Shown in pieces: positions 22,101 to 35,314 of a stretch of DNA of 64,000 nucleotides. Every line of letters begins with the position of its first letter. Within the stretch, counting starts at the first letter, position 1. This stretch comes from Cyanophora paradoxa CCMP329 (Eukaryota > Plantae > Glaucophyta). The notes below the pieces were generated by a model. The model ran no database searches. It saw only the letters and a program-made list of their open reading frames with translations, and had not been told where the DNA came from. Location: contig QPMI01000457.1 of assembly GCA_004431415.1 (NCBI GenBank), forward strand, positions 430,331 to 494,330. Reading direction: 5' to 3'. The position numbers and the translations under genes were made by a program.

Positions 22101-23807
22101 CGGCCTCCATCGCCGCCCGCATCAAGGCCGGCGAGGCCCGCATCGCCGACGCCGTGCCCGAGGCCACCGTCCTCTTCGCCGACATATGCGGTACCCCCCC
22201 CGCGCCCGGCGCGTAGTACCCCCCCCCTGTCCCGACGCCCGGCGCTTCGTTCGCAGGCTTCACGGCGATGAGCTCGCAGCTGGAGCCGCTCGCCCTCGTC
22301 TCCCTCCTCAACACCGTCTTCTCGTGCGCCGTACCCCCTTTCCGGCACCCTGCCCCCCTCCCCCCGCCCCGGTGGCGCGACGGCGCGCAGGCGGATCGAC
22401 GAGGTGATCGCGGCGCACCGGGCGGAGAAGATCAAGAACATCGGTGCCTCCCCCTCCCCCTGGGGCGGCGCCGGAGGGAGGGCCGGGGCTCACGCGGGGG
22501 CCGCCGGGCGGGCCCGGGGCGGGCTGCAGGGGACGCGGTGATGATCTGCACGGGCCTGCACGACCACGCAGGGGAGCGCGGCGAGGGCTCCGAGGCCAGC
22601 AGCGCCGACGGGTCCGCCCCATGCCCCGCTCCACGTCCGCGCCCCCGCCCCGCCCCCTCTCAGGCCCGGGCGGTCGCGCAGGGACAGCGCGGCGGCGCTC
22701 CACGCGAGGGAAGCGGTCGAAGTTTCCCTCGCCCTCCTCGACGCCATCAACGCGGTACCTTCTGTCTCACCGATGGCCCGTGTACCCCCCTGACGGGCTC
22801 GCTCGCAGCTGAACGCCGCGCACGGGCTCCGCATCAAGCTCCGCATCGGACTCTGCTCGGGGCCCCTCGTCACGGGCGTCATTGGTGAGTCACGCGGGGG
22901 GTACGGCGGCGCGAGTTGGGACCTCGCGCCCACTCCCCCCGTCCCTCGCAGGCTCCATGAAAAAAATGTACGACATCTGGGGGGTGCGCCTGGTTCCCGC
23001 ACCCCTGAAAATCCCCCGCCCCGCCTCTCCCTAACGTTCCCCCTGCAGGACACTTGCAACGTGCGGCCGGGCCCCACGCCCCTCCTGGTCCCTCCCCCCC
23101 TGCCCCGTGAACTCACTCCCCTCCCGCCTTCCTTGCCGCGTCGCACGCCGCAGGTCGCGAGGTTCGATCGTACCCCCCCCCCTCCCCCCCCCCGCGCCGA
23201 GCAGGGCCTTTCTCCGCAGCCGTATGGAGCAGCTGGCGGAGCCGGACACGATCGCCATGCCGGAGGCGACCGTTCGCCTCCTCTGCCGGGATCCCCCCGA
23301 ACCCGGGCAGGGCGTACCCCCTCTCGTGCGCCCCCCCCCCCCCCCCCTCCCCCCGGACCTTGGGCGCCGCTCGGTCTCATCCGCGCGTCCGCGCCGCAGG
23401 CGGGGCTCCCGTCCGCGCAGGAGACGTTCGTGTACCCCCTGGAGCCGGCGGGGGTACACCAGGTGAAGGGCAAGGGGGCGATGTCGGTGTGGCGGCTGCG
23501 GCCGCGGCGCCTGTGGGGCGACGCCTCGCACGACGGGCGCTCGGCCCTGGACCCCTCGCCGGGCCCCTCGCCCCACGCGTGGCCGGCCGACCCGGCGGCG
23601 GGGACGGCGCTCGAGGGCGGCTCGGCCGGCCTGCCCCCGCAGCGCTCCTCGCGGCTCAGCAGCGCCACGCGGGGCGCCTCCAGCAGCCGCCTGCCCCTCT
23701 CCTCGCTCGCCGGCGGCCTCGAGCCGATGGAGCTGCCGGCCTCGGCCGTGCCGGGCCCGCCCCCGCCCGAGCACCAGACCTCCTTCACCGTCACCCAGGC
23801 CGCCTAG
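19143..23807 (+). CDS. Membrane class III adenylate cyclase (TM - CHASE4-like - TM - HAMP - cyclase)
   Basis: TM1 LLAVFFLQLLVFVIVGA; FADLE and NANWDE (CHASE4-like); TM2 followed by ARPVSRL; catalytic motifs ATVLFADICGFT, EKIKNIGDAVM, LRIGLCSGPLVTGVIG, YDIWGDTCNVASRME and VKGKG. The K and D specificity residues indicate ATP. Confidence 0.9.
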
Positions 23808-25120
23808 CCCCGCCCGCCCGCGGCCCCAGTGCGACGCTTTTCTGAGTGCCGCGTCCCTTTCTTCTTCTCTCGGAGGTCGTTTCAGCCTCCCGCGCCCACC
23901 CCTTTCTCTTTCTCCGAAGCTACCGCCCCGGTCGCCGGCCCGGCCCCCTCTTGCTTCGGGTCCCGCGAGCACAGCTTCCCCTCCCCCCCCCTCCCCCCTC
24001 TTATTTATCGCAGTATCGTATTGCGGGCATGCCATCGCGCCATCGTAGTCAATCCGCGAGCTAGTGGGAAGATTCATTAATAGGGCAATTTTTCTATCCC
24101 ATATGGCTTGTTTTTGCGATTCGCTGAACGCTTTCAATTCGCAGGCAGACTCTCAGATCTATCTACATATAAATGTTGATTTAGTGTCAAGTCGCTATAA
24201 ACATTAAGATCTAGCTATACAGAAACTTGGTCAATTAATATTGCCAGTCAAATCGACGTCACTCACTGAGGCCGATGTTAACGTTGTCTTTCTTCAATCG
24301 TATACGTCACGGCGTACTTATACATGTAGACTTACGATTACGATCGACTCGCGACTGCGATTTGAATTCTTCCACCCGTAATAGTCATAGTTGCGTCGGC
24401 GGCCTCGCGATCAACTTGGCAATGGGACGTGTCACACAGTGTCCCGTTCTATATATATGTACAACGCAACGCGTACGGTAACTGTCGGGAAATTCGAAAG
24501 CGGCCCGCGCTGGCGTTGCGCAGGGTGCGCCTAGCCGCCTCAGCGGCTGTCCTAGGCCTCCTATATATGCATACCGTACTAACTTAGTAACCGACGTAGT
24601 ATTATGGTAGTAACCGCAGTAGTACCGGTCTACATGATCATGCATATGACATGCGCACTGGCAAATCTAGATCTTGTCACGTACCCAACGAACGTTAACG
24701 TTACCGTCACGCGTCCGGAATTCGGATATCGATCGCGATTTCGGCCGATCCGGATCCGGGCCGGCCCGGATTTCCGGGAAACGGTGGCTTGCATGCAAAT
24801 TGATGCAATTGAAATTTGATAGTAAAGGAATTTAAAGCTAGCCCGCGCCGGCCGGGCCGGCCCCGCGCGCGGGCCGCGGCCGGCGCCGCGGCCGCGCGCG
24901 GACGTCCGCCGTCCCGGTCCTCCCGGAGTCCGGCCCGGGCCGACGTCGACGGTCCCGCCGACCTATACGTATGATATACCGTACCGCCGGTACCGGTAGC
25001 CGGCGGTAGGACCATCGATCAGAACGAGTACTATATGTATATTGCGCAACAGTTAACGTATATATATATAACCATAACTTATCTGTAAATAATTAACCGT
25101 GAACACACACACATTAACCA

Positions 25121-25334
25121 TAGGCGTAGTTTTTTAGCTGTGGTAAATAATTGCCGTAAATTGCCGAGAGGCCGTATTTGGCAATTTGGCACAACGGCAT
25201 TTGCTTAATTGGGGGGTAGCAGTTTTCCTAGGCCGCCATAGAGCAAAAATTTGAATTCGGCAATTTATCGCCACGGCAATTCCGGTTTTGGGCGAATTCG
25301 GCAAATTAACTACACGGCAATTTAACTACGCCTA
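25121..25334. mobile_element. MITE (~210 bp)
   Basis: Perfect inverted termini TAGGCGTAGTT/AACTACGCCTA (the outer TA may be the TSD) and multiple subterminal ATTGCCG/CGGCAA(T) motifs in opposite orientations. Confidence 0.7.
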
Positions 25335-26737
25335 CAGTATATACAGTACTAGTATATATAACGTAACCAATGCAGCATGCGCAATGCTAATAATAATATA
25401 TATATAACCAATGTTAACCATATATATATAGGACCATGAGAAGTTGAGAACGTTCGTGCATGCGCAATTGCAACGGTTAATTATAACCATAACTTATATA
25501 TATATATAGCACCGTCCTGTTCACGGGGATATATATATACATGTAACCATAACCGTGAACACACACACATGTATATATATATCATCACAAGCTAGATCGA
25601 TATATGCATATATATATGCATGATGGACGTCGACTATTGTTTTATAATATTTCACCATATAATTACTTCAAGCGCGAGCTATATCATAGTATATATGTTA
25701 GTATGCGTAATTAACAGCCTAATAAGTTAGTAGTCACAACCGATTGGTTCAGCACTTTCGACCATTCAAAACGGTCGACGTCCGTCGGCGCCGTATACGT
25801 CCAGCCATGATGCATATGCGTGCATTTTCACGCACGTGATCATGAGCGATTCTTAACCATTTTTACCACATTAATTTTCATACCTCAAAGGTTGACTCAT
25901 GATCTCTTCCGGTTCAGCCGGCAGCGAGGGGGCACGATTCGAAATTGCGGTACCGGTACCCGCGCGGGCTTCCAGGCTCCACTGGGGCCAGCCAGGACCA
26001 GCCTCCAGCCTATAAGTTCCAGGCTCGATGAGCCTCGCCGAGTCGATCTCGACGGCGAGTCCGGGAATCCGAAATATATATCGCCGCGATATCGATATCG
26101 ATGCATGATGCAGCAATGGCAGCATTGGCAGGCTATGGCAGCTGCAGGCTGCACGGTCCTGCACCCTGCAGGCCTAGGCAATAACAACAGCAGCGCTTTT
26201 AACAGCAGCATGCCATGATCATCGGATCATGATGAAGACTCGAGCTCTGACTCAGTGAGTGAGATCTAGAGCTGCTAGCGCTTCACTGCAGGCCGCCGGG
26301 CTAGCGCTGAAGCCTTGCCAAGTTGCCAAGTTGCTGAAGCCTTTGAAGCTAAGCTTGCTAAGCGCGCACCGGGCCTGCAGCCTGGCAGTTGCAGCCCTGA
26401 GCCGTACATATGGATAGAGCATGATCAGCAGGATCACGGCGCGAGCCCCGCGCGCTGCATGCATGTGCATCGCTAGGTAGCTGAGCGAAACTTGAAAGCT
26501 GCACGCCCGCGCAGCTCCGAGCGATATTCGATCAGCCAGTCAGGCTGCCGCCTGCAGTCGCGCGCCTGCAAGAGCAGCAGCAAGTTTTGCCAGCAACCGC
26601 TGCCGGCGCTGAGCCTCGTCCCTGCCACTCCCTGGACGTCGGACGGTCTGTAGGATCTGCGGGCTGCAGCCTGCGGCGCCCTGCGCTGGCCCTACGGCAG
26701 TTCGGAAGCCCGGAGTCTTCGGTAGTGGAACCTCCAG

Positions 26738-26802
26738 CAGCTGTCACAGCCTCCCAGGTGCTCCTTGCAGCTGCTGTCACAGCCTCCCAGGTGCTCCTTG
26801 CA
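26738..26802 (+). repeat. 33-bp tandem duplication
   Basis: GCTGTCACAGCCTCCCAGGTGCTCCTTGCA occurs twice. Confidence 0.9.
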
Positions 26803-27249
26803 ATTGTCGGCGTCTAAGCTTAAGCCATGCCTAGATCTCTAAGGGTCCGAGGGTCAGGGCAAACGGCTGATGGGATTGCGAGCTCTTACTCTGCTGCACT
26901 CGAACAGCGGCAGGCCCTAGGGAGTTCGTGCGCCGGATCCGGAGCGGCCTGATCCGTCGCCATCGGCGCGAGCGCGTGGCTGGCTGTACCTTCCGAGTTC
27001 GTCAGCACGCCCCAGAGGAGAGCAGGGGATCCGGAGAGCGTCTGCACCGTCCGCGTCACCGACCAGGCTTGCCATCCACTGCAGACGCTTGAGCCCCCCA
27101 GCCTCGCGGAGCGCTGCGGCATGGCGCCGCAGGAGCGGATGGGGCTGCGGCAACAGGGGCGGCCCGCCTGCAGCCCAGCGCTGAGGCCGGGGGCTTCTCG
27201 CGGCGACACGTGCGCGCGCGCTCGCCCACTGGAGCGCCGCGGCAGCCGA

Positions 27250-28395
27250 TGACGCGCCCGCCCACTCGCCGGAGCAACGGGCGGGGCCCCGCCCGCCCCG
27301 CCCGGCCGCGGGGCCGACGTCGCGGCCCGTCGGCGGGGCCCCGGCACGCCCTCCCCAGCGGTGCCATCTTGCGGGCGTGCCTCCTAGCTGCCCTGCTCGC
27401 CTCTGCGCTCGCCGGTTTCTGGCCGACGCCGGCGCCGCTGCCGTCGCCCGATGCTGGTGGGCCCTTTCCCTAGGGCTCGCCGCCCCCTCGGGGTGCCCAC
27501 GCTGTCTCGCAGGCGGGGGCGCGGGGCCCGCGACCGAGGGGCCGGACCCGGGGGGCGGCGGACTGGGCAACCGCAGCGCGTCCCGTGGTCCCGGTGCGGG
27601 CCCGAGCCGGCCGGGAGCGGCGGGGGGTCCTCACGCGGGCGCAGAGGGCCCGGGGCCAGGCGGCGTGTGGGACCCCGGGGGCGTCCCCTCGCCCCCTGAG
27701 CCCCTCTCCGCAGCGCGGAGCCCCGCGCCGACGCCGACGCCGACGCCGACGCCGGGGGCGGGGGCGGCCCCGCCGGGGCCGGCCGGGACGGTGGGCGAGC
27801 CCGACGTGCCGGGAGACGCGCGCGACATCGTCTGGAAGGCCGGCGGCGCCGTCGTCGGCGCCCTCACCCTCGCCGGCTTCGGTGCCGGCCCCGCCCCGCC
27901 CCGCCCCGCCCCGCCCGCCCCGGCTGACGCCTTTCGTGCGTGCGCGCAGTGATGGGCGCCTTCGTGTACCTCCGGCGGCGCTTCCGGCGCGTGGTGGGCG
28001 ACGAGGACGACCGCTCGAGCCTCGACTCCTACGACCGCTTCGCGCGGGGCGAGCCCCTCGCCCTCGGCTCCCTCGCCTCCCTCGCCCCGCAGGTCGAGCT
28101 CCGCCCCGCCGGCTCCGCCGGCTACGCCGCCGCCAAGGGCGCCCTCGCCAAGCGCCGCGAGCGGGCCGCCTCGGGGGGCGAGGAGGACCCCGCGCGGGAC
28201 CGCGAACGGGACGCCGGCGCGGCCGTCGTCGTCGCCCCGGGGGTCCCCGCCCCGCCGAGCCTCCGCTCCCGCACGACCTCTCCGGAGCGCCCGACGGTCT
28301 CCACGTCGCCCTCGGCCCTGGGGGCTACCCTCCCCGCGCGGCGGCCCTCTGTCAACGGCCTCACCGCGGCCGGCATCCCCCGCTCCCAGGCGTGA
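27250..28395 (+). CDS. Single-pass membrane protein with Pro/Gly-rich ectodomain
   Basis: Hydrophobic signal ILRACLLAALLASALAGF, PT repeats, spliced TM AVVGALTLAGF-VMGAFVYL followed by RRRFRR, and a cytoplasmic tail. The 5' exon structure is uncertain. Confidence 0.6.
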
Positions 28396-29762
28396 GGCGC
28401 CCCGCGGCCCGCCCTCGGCTCGCTCGCTCGCTCGCCCTTCCGAGGCCGCTGCGGCCTGCAGGCAGCTCTACCTCTGCGCAAGCGCGGCCTTCGCCGGCGT
28501 CGTTTCATTTGACACAGCTCTAGATCTACTCATGATCAACACCTCATTTCAAGTCTGCGCAATTCAGTAACGCAGCTTTCGCTCGCCAGCTCTCGAGTGT
28601 GAGCACCTGTGTACTCTCGATTAATGTACCCCGCTTCGAATTCGTCTTTTTGATACCCAGCTCGCTTCCGCAGTAGGTTACTTTAACAGATGTCGATATC
28701 GAATCTCCATAGGGCTTGTAGTTTCACGTGCATTAGGCTCAGTCCATATTCCGTAAGTCGTCGGCATTTATATGGAAGGACCGCATTCATACTTGGCGGA
28801 TATTCTGCAAATCTAAATTTCATAGGATTGTAATATCTATTCGTATGTATTATGTATGTATTTGTAGATGAGTTTTTGCAAGTTTCTGCGTTCAGTGCTT
28901 CATGAGAATCAGTTTGTATACGTATTCGCTAGTGTCAGTACGTACGTGTTGCGTTGCTCCCCGTGCATTGTTCAGGTAAAATATTTACTGTACCAGCCTA
29001 TAGCTATACAGAAGTCAATTAAAATATAACTTATCGAATAGAAATCGATCAATGGCGAACAACCCTCTTAAAAGCTTGGGCTCAGCTGCAGCCTGCAGAG
29101 TGTGGGCACGGAACCCGACTCGGTGACGCGCGCAGGTGGTTATCAGTGGGCCTTCAACATACGCAGGCTTGCAATTGCAATTAACTTCAGTAATATTGCA
29201 ATTGAGCCCCGCGATCGGATCCGGAGGCTTTTTCAAGTTTAATTCATTTGGGCGCTCAAATGCATGACGGATCTATGGTCCAGTGGCAGGCAGAAAGCTA
29301 GCTAGCTATAGGGCAGCATGTGAAGCAGATATATATAACCATTACGGCATGCCGCACGCACAGTGATCGACTCCGTGAGTCGCATGCCGCGGCATTGCCG
29401 CCGTCCTGGTGCGCACTGCGCAGTCGAACGGGCTCGTGCAAACAGCGGCAGTAAGCGGGGCGGGTGTCCTCCGGCTCGAATTCGGCGATTGCAAGAGAGG
29501 GGCAGAGCCTGCAGGGCCCGGGGGGTTTGCGCTGGGCTCGGGGAAAGGAGGGTCGAGGGGCTCGGAGGACGACGGGCTAGCGAGGCAGGGTCGAAAGGAT
29601 CGCTGGCAGGCAGGACGGAAGCGAGAGGAGGGGCGAGCGGGGGCGGGAGGGAAGCGGCGGCGGGGGCGGCGCGGGGGCCGCGGGCCGGGGGCGCGGGTGG
29701 CAGGGGGGGGAAGCCGCGCGGGGCGGGGCCCGGGGCCCGGGGCCCGGGGCCGGGGGGGTGGG

Positions 29763-32700
29763 CTACAGGTAGAGCGAGGCGGCGAAGACAATGTCGCGCT
29801 TCAGCTTCGCGATGCCGGCCTGCGCGCGCGAGCGGCGTCAGATCAGAGGCGGCCGAACAAACACAGGGGACGCGGGCGGCCGGCGCGCCTCGAACTTGGC
29901 CACGAGCTCCTCGTTGCCGATCGCCTTCGAAGCGTCCACCATCTGCGAGCGAAGCGGGCGGGCGGGCGGGCGGGCACGGTCAGCACCCCCGCGCATCCTT
30001 CCTTCTTCGTTCGCCCTGGCGCGCCTGGCGGAGGAACTCCTCGAGGCGGCGCATGGCGCGGATGATCGACCCCTCGAAGATCTCCGTCATCTTCGCCCGC
30101 CCCCGCCCCCCGCCCGTTCAGCTCCAGCGTAAATGAACAGAATAAAACGAAGACGGCGCGCCTTGCAGACGTCGGCGAACTTGGCGCCCCTGCACCACGC
30201 GTGCACGACCTCCATCATGTCCGGCTTGAACGACTGCACGTACTCCTCGACGTCGAGCCCCAGCTTGCACTCCTGCGCCACGCTCGCGATCCGCCGCGCC
30301 GCCTCCTGCAGGATCCGCAGCGGCGCCGCCAGCTCCTCCCGCAGCCGCGTCGTCTCCTTGCTCTTCTCCTGGTACACCAGGCACGAGCAGAGCGCCACGC
30401 ACTGCTCCACCTGCGCGGCCGCGTCAGCCGCAGGAGAGCGCGTGAGCGCGGCGCGGGCGCCTGGAGTTCGTTGAAGACGCCGTTGAAGAGGAGCTCGGTG
30501 GCGAGGAGCTCGTCGGCGGTGGAGACCTCGCAGGCCACGCGGCCCTTGACCTCCACGACGCCCTCCCCCGACGCGAACCCGAGGCGCCGCAGCACGCGCC
30601 GCCGGTACCGGAGCTCCTCCTTGAAGATAATGTCCGACGACTGCTTCATCTCCTTCTTGACCGCCTTGCACTGCGCGTCCAGCTCCATCTTCCGCTCGTA
30701 CGCCGCCAGGCGCTCCTTCATGTCGGGCGCCTTGAAGGCGGCCTCGCCCCCGAGGCGCTCCTGCACGGCGTCCAGGCGCTTGTACAGCTTCTTGAAGGAG
30801 GGCTCCTGGATGTTCATGTCCGTCACGGGGTTCAGGAGCGGCAGGCCGTCCGGGAACCGCCTCATCACCTCCGCCACCGTCTTCCCTGCACGCGCCCCGC
30901 GTCGGCCGAGCGAGCGAGCGAGCCGGACGGGCGGGGGCGGACCGAGGTTGGCGCGGGCCTCGGCGGGCCGCAGGTCCTTGGGGACCATGACGCGTACCTG
31001 GCTGAAGTCCGCCACGAGGGCGAGCAGGAGGGGCACCACCTGCCAGTCCCCCGCCTCCCCGGCCGGGCACGGCCGCGGCCGCGCGTTCGCCGCCACCGCC
31101 GACGACCCCTGCACCGCGCACTGCCGCCCGCCCCGCTCAAGACAGAGAAGCGAACGAACGAACGAGCAAGGCGCCGGCCGGGCGGCACCTTGAGGAGGGC
31201 GTCGACGACGTAGACGGCGTCGCGTGCGGCGTCCTTCTCGGCCCCCGCGTCGCCCTTCTTCGTGAAATTGATGACGACGCCCCAGCCCCAGTCGTTGCGC
31301 GCGTCCTTCACCCGCACCAGCCGCCCCGGCTGCAGGAACGGCAGCGCGTACAGCGGCTTCGTCGTCCACTCCCGGATCTGCGCACGCGACGGCGCCCCGC
31401 CGACCCGGTCAGGCAGGCGGCGCCGCGCCCGACCGGCTCGCTCGGCAGAGCGGAGAGAGGGCGCTGGGGCCCGGGCTCGCCTCGGCGGCGATGTCGGCGA
31501 ACTGCTTCAGAACGGCCGCGTACTCGGCCACCGTCTCCTCCCTGAGGCACGCTCAGAACTCAGAGAGAAGGCGGGAAGGCGCGGCGCGGCGCGGCGCACC
31601 CCGGGACGACCACCGCGTCCCGCTCAGCCTCCAGCTCCGACAACTCTGCGCCGGGCGGCGCTCGCAGGCCGGTCGCCCTCCCGCGGGGCGGGCGGCGCAC
31701 TGGACTGGAGCTGGGGGATCTGCCGGTCGGACTGGAACTGCCCGAAGGAGCGCCGGATCACGTAGTCGGGGTCCGCCTCCTCCACCTGGCTCAGATGAGA
31801 TCAGAACGGATCAGGTCGGATCGGATCTGAGCCGGGCCGGGCGGGGCGCACCCTCATCAGATTCAGGAGCATGTTGTACCCCAGGTGGAAGGAGCTCGTG
31901 AGCGGGTCCGCCTGGCCCTGCGCCCCGCCGGCCCCGCCCCGGGTCGGACCGGACCGAAGGAGGCCGAGCCCGCAGCCGGGCCGGGCCGGGGGTACGGCAG
32001 GGCGCGAACCATGAGCATGCCCTTAGCCACCGCCGGCTCCATTTTCTCGTCCACCTGCGGGCGGGCGTGCGGGCCGGGCCGGCGGCGTCAGCAGTCGGCC
32101 GAGGCGAACCGGCGCGAGCGCGAGAGGTCGAGCGGGGCGCGCCATGAGGATGACGATGCCGCGGTCGTCGAGGCCTCGCCGCCCCGCACGCCCGCTCATC
32201 TGAATGTACTCGCCCCCGGAGACCTGCGCGGCGCCCGCTCATGATCAGACGCGGCCCGAGCCGCCAGAAAGGCAGCCGCGCTCGCTCGCTCGCGCGGGCG
32301 CGCCCATCGGAAGTTCTCGCCGTCGAACTTGCGGACGGAGGTGAAGACGACGGTCTTGGCGGGCATGTTGAGGCCGATCGAGAACGTCTCCGTCGCGAAG
32401 AGGGCCTTCAGGAGGCCCTCCTGGAACAGGATCTCGATCACCTGCGCCCTCCCTTAGCCTCGGCGACTACTCGGCGAGGCGAGGCGAGGCGAGGCGAGGC
32501 GAGGCGAGGCGAGGGACCTCCTTGAGGATGGGGAGGAGGCCGGAGTGGTGGATCCCGATCCCCCGCTTCAGCAGCGGCAGGATGTGCTCCACCTGCGCTG
32601 AGGCTCAGGCTCGGGCTTAGGCTTAGGCTCAGCTTTCTCGCCTGGGGGATGTGCTTGTCGTCCTCGGAGAGGGAGTCGATGGCGTTGTTGAAGACCGTCT

Positions 32701-35189
32701 CCACCAGCTTCTTCTCGTCCTCTGCCGGGAGACTCAGGGGGGGATGAGAGGGGGGGGGGGGGGGGAGGGGGGGCACCGTCGTTGAAGTCGAGCTTGGCCA
32801 TCTGGAGCGCGAGCGCCTCGCACTCCTTCTTGCTGAAGCTGAACACGATCACCCTGCCCGCCCCGAAGCTCGGCTCGGCTCGGCTCGGAGCGGCGGGGGG
32901 GCGGAGAGGGGGGGATGGAGTGGGAGGGGGGGGCCGCACGGCTGGTAGCTACGCTCCATGATCATTTTCACGATCTGCGGGGGGCGGGGGGGCGTCAGGG
33001 GCGCGGCCCCGGGAAGAGGCGGGGCGGGGGCGGTCGCGCCTTGTAGATGTCCGACCCGCTGGGGCCCGGGCCTGCCGGCGGCGGCGTCGGCGCGGCGGGG
33101 GCGGCGAGGCGAGAGGCGGGAAGCGTGCGGGGCGGGGCGGGGCGTGCACCGCCGCCCTTGCGGCCCTTCTTGAAGCCGGGCTTCTGCGAGGGCTCCTGAA
33201 GGGACGCCAGCGCCTTCTGGAAGTTGTCCTCCTGCGCCCCGCGCGCAGTGAGAAGGGGGCGGCGGTCGGCCGGCCGGGCGGGGCCCAAACCGCGCACCCG
33301 GAAGTTGCTCTTCTCGTCGACGACGAGGAAGAGGCCGTCACCGCCGGCGGGGAAGATGTAGTGCTGGAGCGGCGTCGGGCGGTAGTCGGTGTACACGACG
33401 TGGCACGGCTGCCCAAAGAGAAATTCAAAGAAATTCAAAGAGAGAAAGAGGAAGAGATGGGACCCTACCTGGTAGTGGACCTTGGCGATCCAGTCGGCGA
33501 ACTCCTTCGCGTTGGGGATCGTCGCGGACAGGAAGACGAACCGGACCTGCGGGGACCAGCGGGCGGGCGCGGGCCGTCGGATCGTGGGGCCGGGGCGGCG
33601 GGCGCGGGGGCGGGAGGGCGCGCCTTGTCCGGCACGAGGATGATCGACTCCTCCCACACGACGCCTCGCTCTGCGAGCGCGCGCGCCCGGCCGTCGGCGG
33701 GGGGCGGGGCGGCGGGGACGCATGCATGCGGGACGGCGAGAGCGAGAAGAGGAGGAGGAGGCGGGCGGGTGAGCGGGCGCCGGGGGCCCGGACGGCGCGC
33801 ACCGCGGTCGCGCATGTAGTGGATCTCGTCGAAGATGATCCACGCCACCTCCCGCATCACCTCCGAGCCCCGGTACAGCATGCTCCGCAGAATCTGAGGC
33901 GGAGAGAGGGAGGGAGAGAGGCCTTAGGGGATCATCTTCTTCGGTCTGGGGCGGGCCTGCAGGCGGGGCGGGGGACCTCGGTGGTCATCACGAGGCAGCC
34001 GGCGTTCGGGTTGATGGTCACGTCCCCCGTCATGAGGCCCACGTCCTGCGCGCGGGCTTAGGAGAGAGAGGGAAGGAAAGCGATGCATCCAAAAGAAAGG
34101 ACCTGGAACTCCTCGAAGAGCTCCCGGTACTTCTGGTTCGAGAGGGCCTGCGCGGGAAGCGGGAAGGTTCGAGGGGGAGGAAGGAAGGAAAAGGAAGGGA
34201 AGGAAGGAAGGAGGGGGGACCTTGATGGGCGACGTGTAGATGACGCGCTGCTTTGCGCGGAGGGACATCGCGACCGCGTACTGCCGGCGCGGCGTCGGCC
34301 TCGGCGGCGGGGAAAGGCGGGCGCGAGCACGCGGACCTGCGCGACGACAGTCTTTCCTGCGGACGTGTGCGCGGAGACCAGGACGGACTCTCCCCGCTGC
34401 CGCACGGAGGAGATCACGCGGGCGCCGGGTCGGACGGGCGGCGGAGAGCGCGGGGCGCCCCGCACCTCAAGACACTTGATGGACTCGATCTGGAACGCAT
34501 CGACTGGGAACGGATACGTCTTCGCTGGCTCCGTGAATCGCTGCGTCTCCCGCGGCGGCTCCTTGTCCGCCGTGCGGCGGTCCTTCGCGAAGACATCCAC
34601 CTCGGGCGGCTTGCTAACTTCGTGGATACACCGCGAGCTGGGGTTCACAGGGATCTTCTTGACTGCGCACACGGGGCGCGGTCAGCGCTTGCGCGTCGAG
34701 AGCGGCGGGCGGCGCTCTGCTGGACGGCCCCCGCCGCGCTCCCCGCACACTGCATCCTCTTCAAGCTAAAGCCTAGCGTGCGTGCGCCCACGCAGCGATC
34801 GCTGGCTGCCCGCCCTGCGCTCAGCTGCTGGCTAAGGCTCCGCGCACCGGGGTCGCTCTCGTCGAGCTGCGAGAGATCGACTGCTGTCTCTGGGGCCTGA
34901 AGACCGGCAGGAACTGAAGACTTGAACACGGGGCGGGTCGGCGGCTTCAAGGGCCCCTCCGCGGCGTCGATCTCGTCGTTATCGCTGCGCTCGAGCATTA
35001 GCTGCGGAAGGCGCGAGGCGAAAGTATGCCTGGAACACAAGCCAGAGAGAGCATGCGCTTCCGTACGCGCACTGACCCGTTCGCCTGAGTGCGCGCCCGC
35101 TTGCCAACACCATCCTCGGGCCCACTTACGGCTCGCTTCCCTTTGCGGCTGGAGCCCTCGTGGAACACATCGAACGCATCTTCATCCAT
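29763..35189 (-). CDS. MTR4: Nuclear exosome RNA helicase MTR4 (SKIV2L2/DOB1)
   Basis: [86 protein letters not shown] and C-terminal [12 protein letters not shown]. Confidence 0.97.
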
Positions 35190-35314
35190 CGCCGTTTGCT
35201 TCCTCGCGTCAAGGCTGACTCTTTGGGGGTACGTGGTCAGCGCAGGTTGACAGCGCTTGTGTTGCGCCTCGCCTCGCCTGCCCCCCGGAGCTCGCCCTCG
35301 TGTCGCCACCGACG

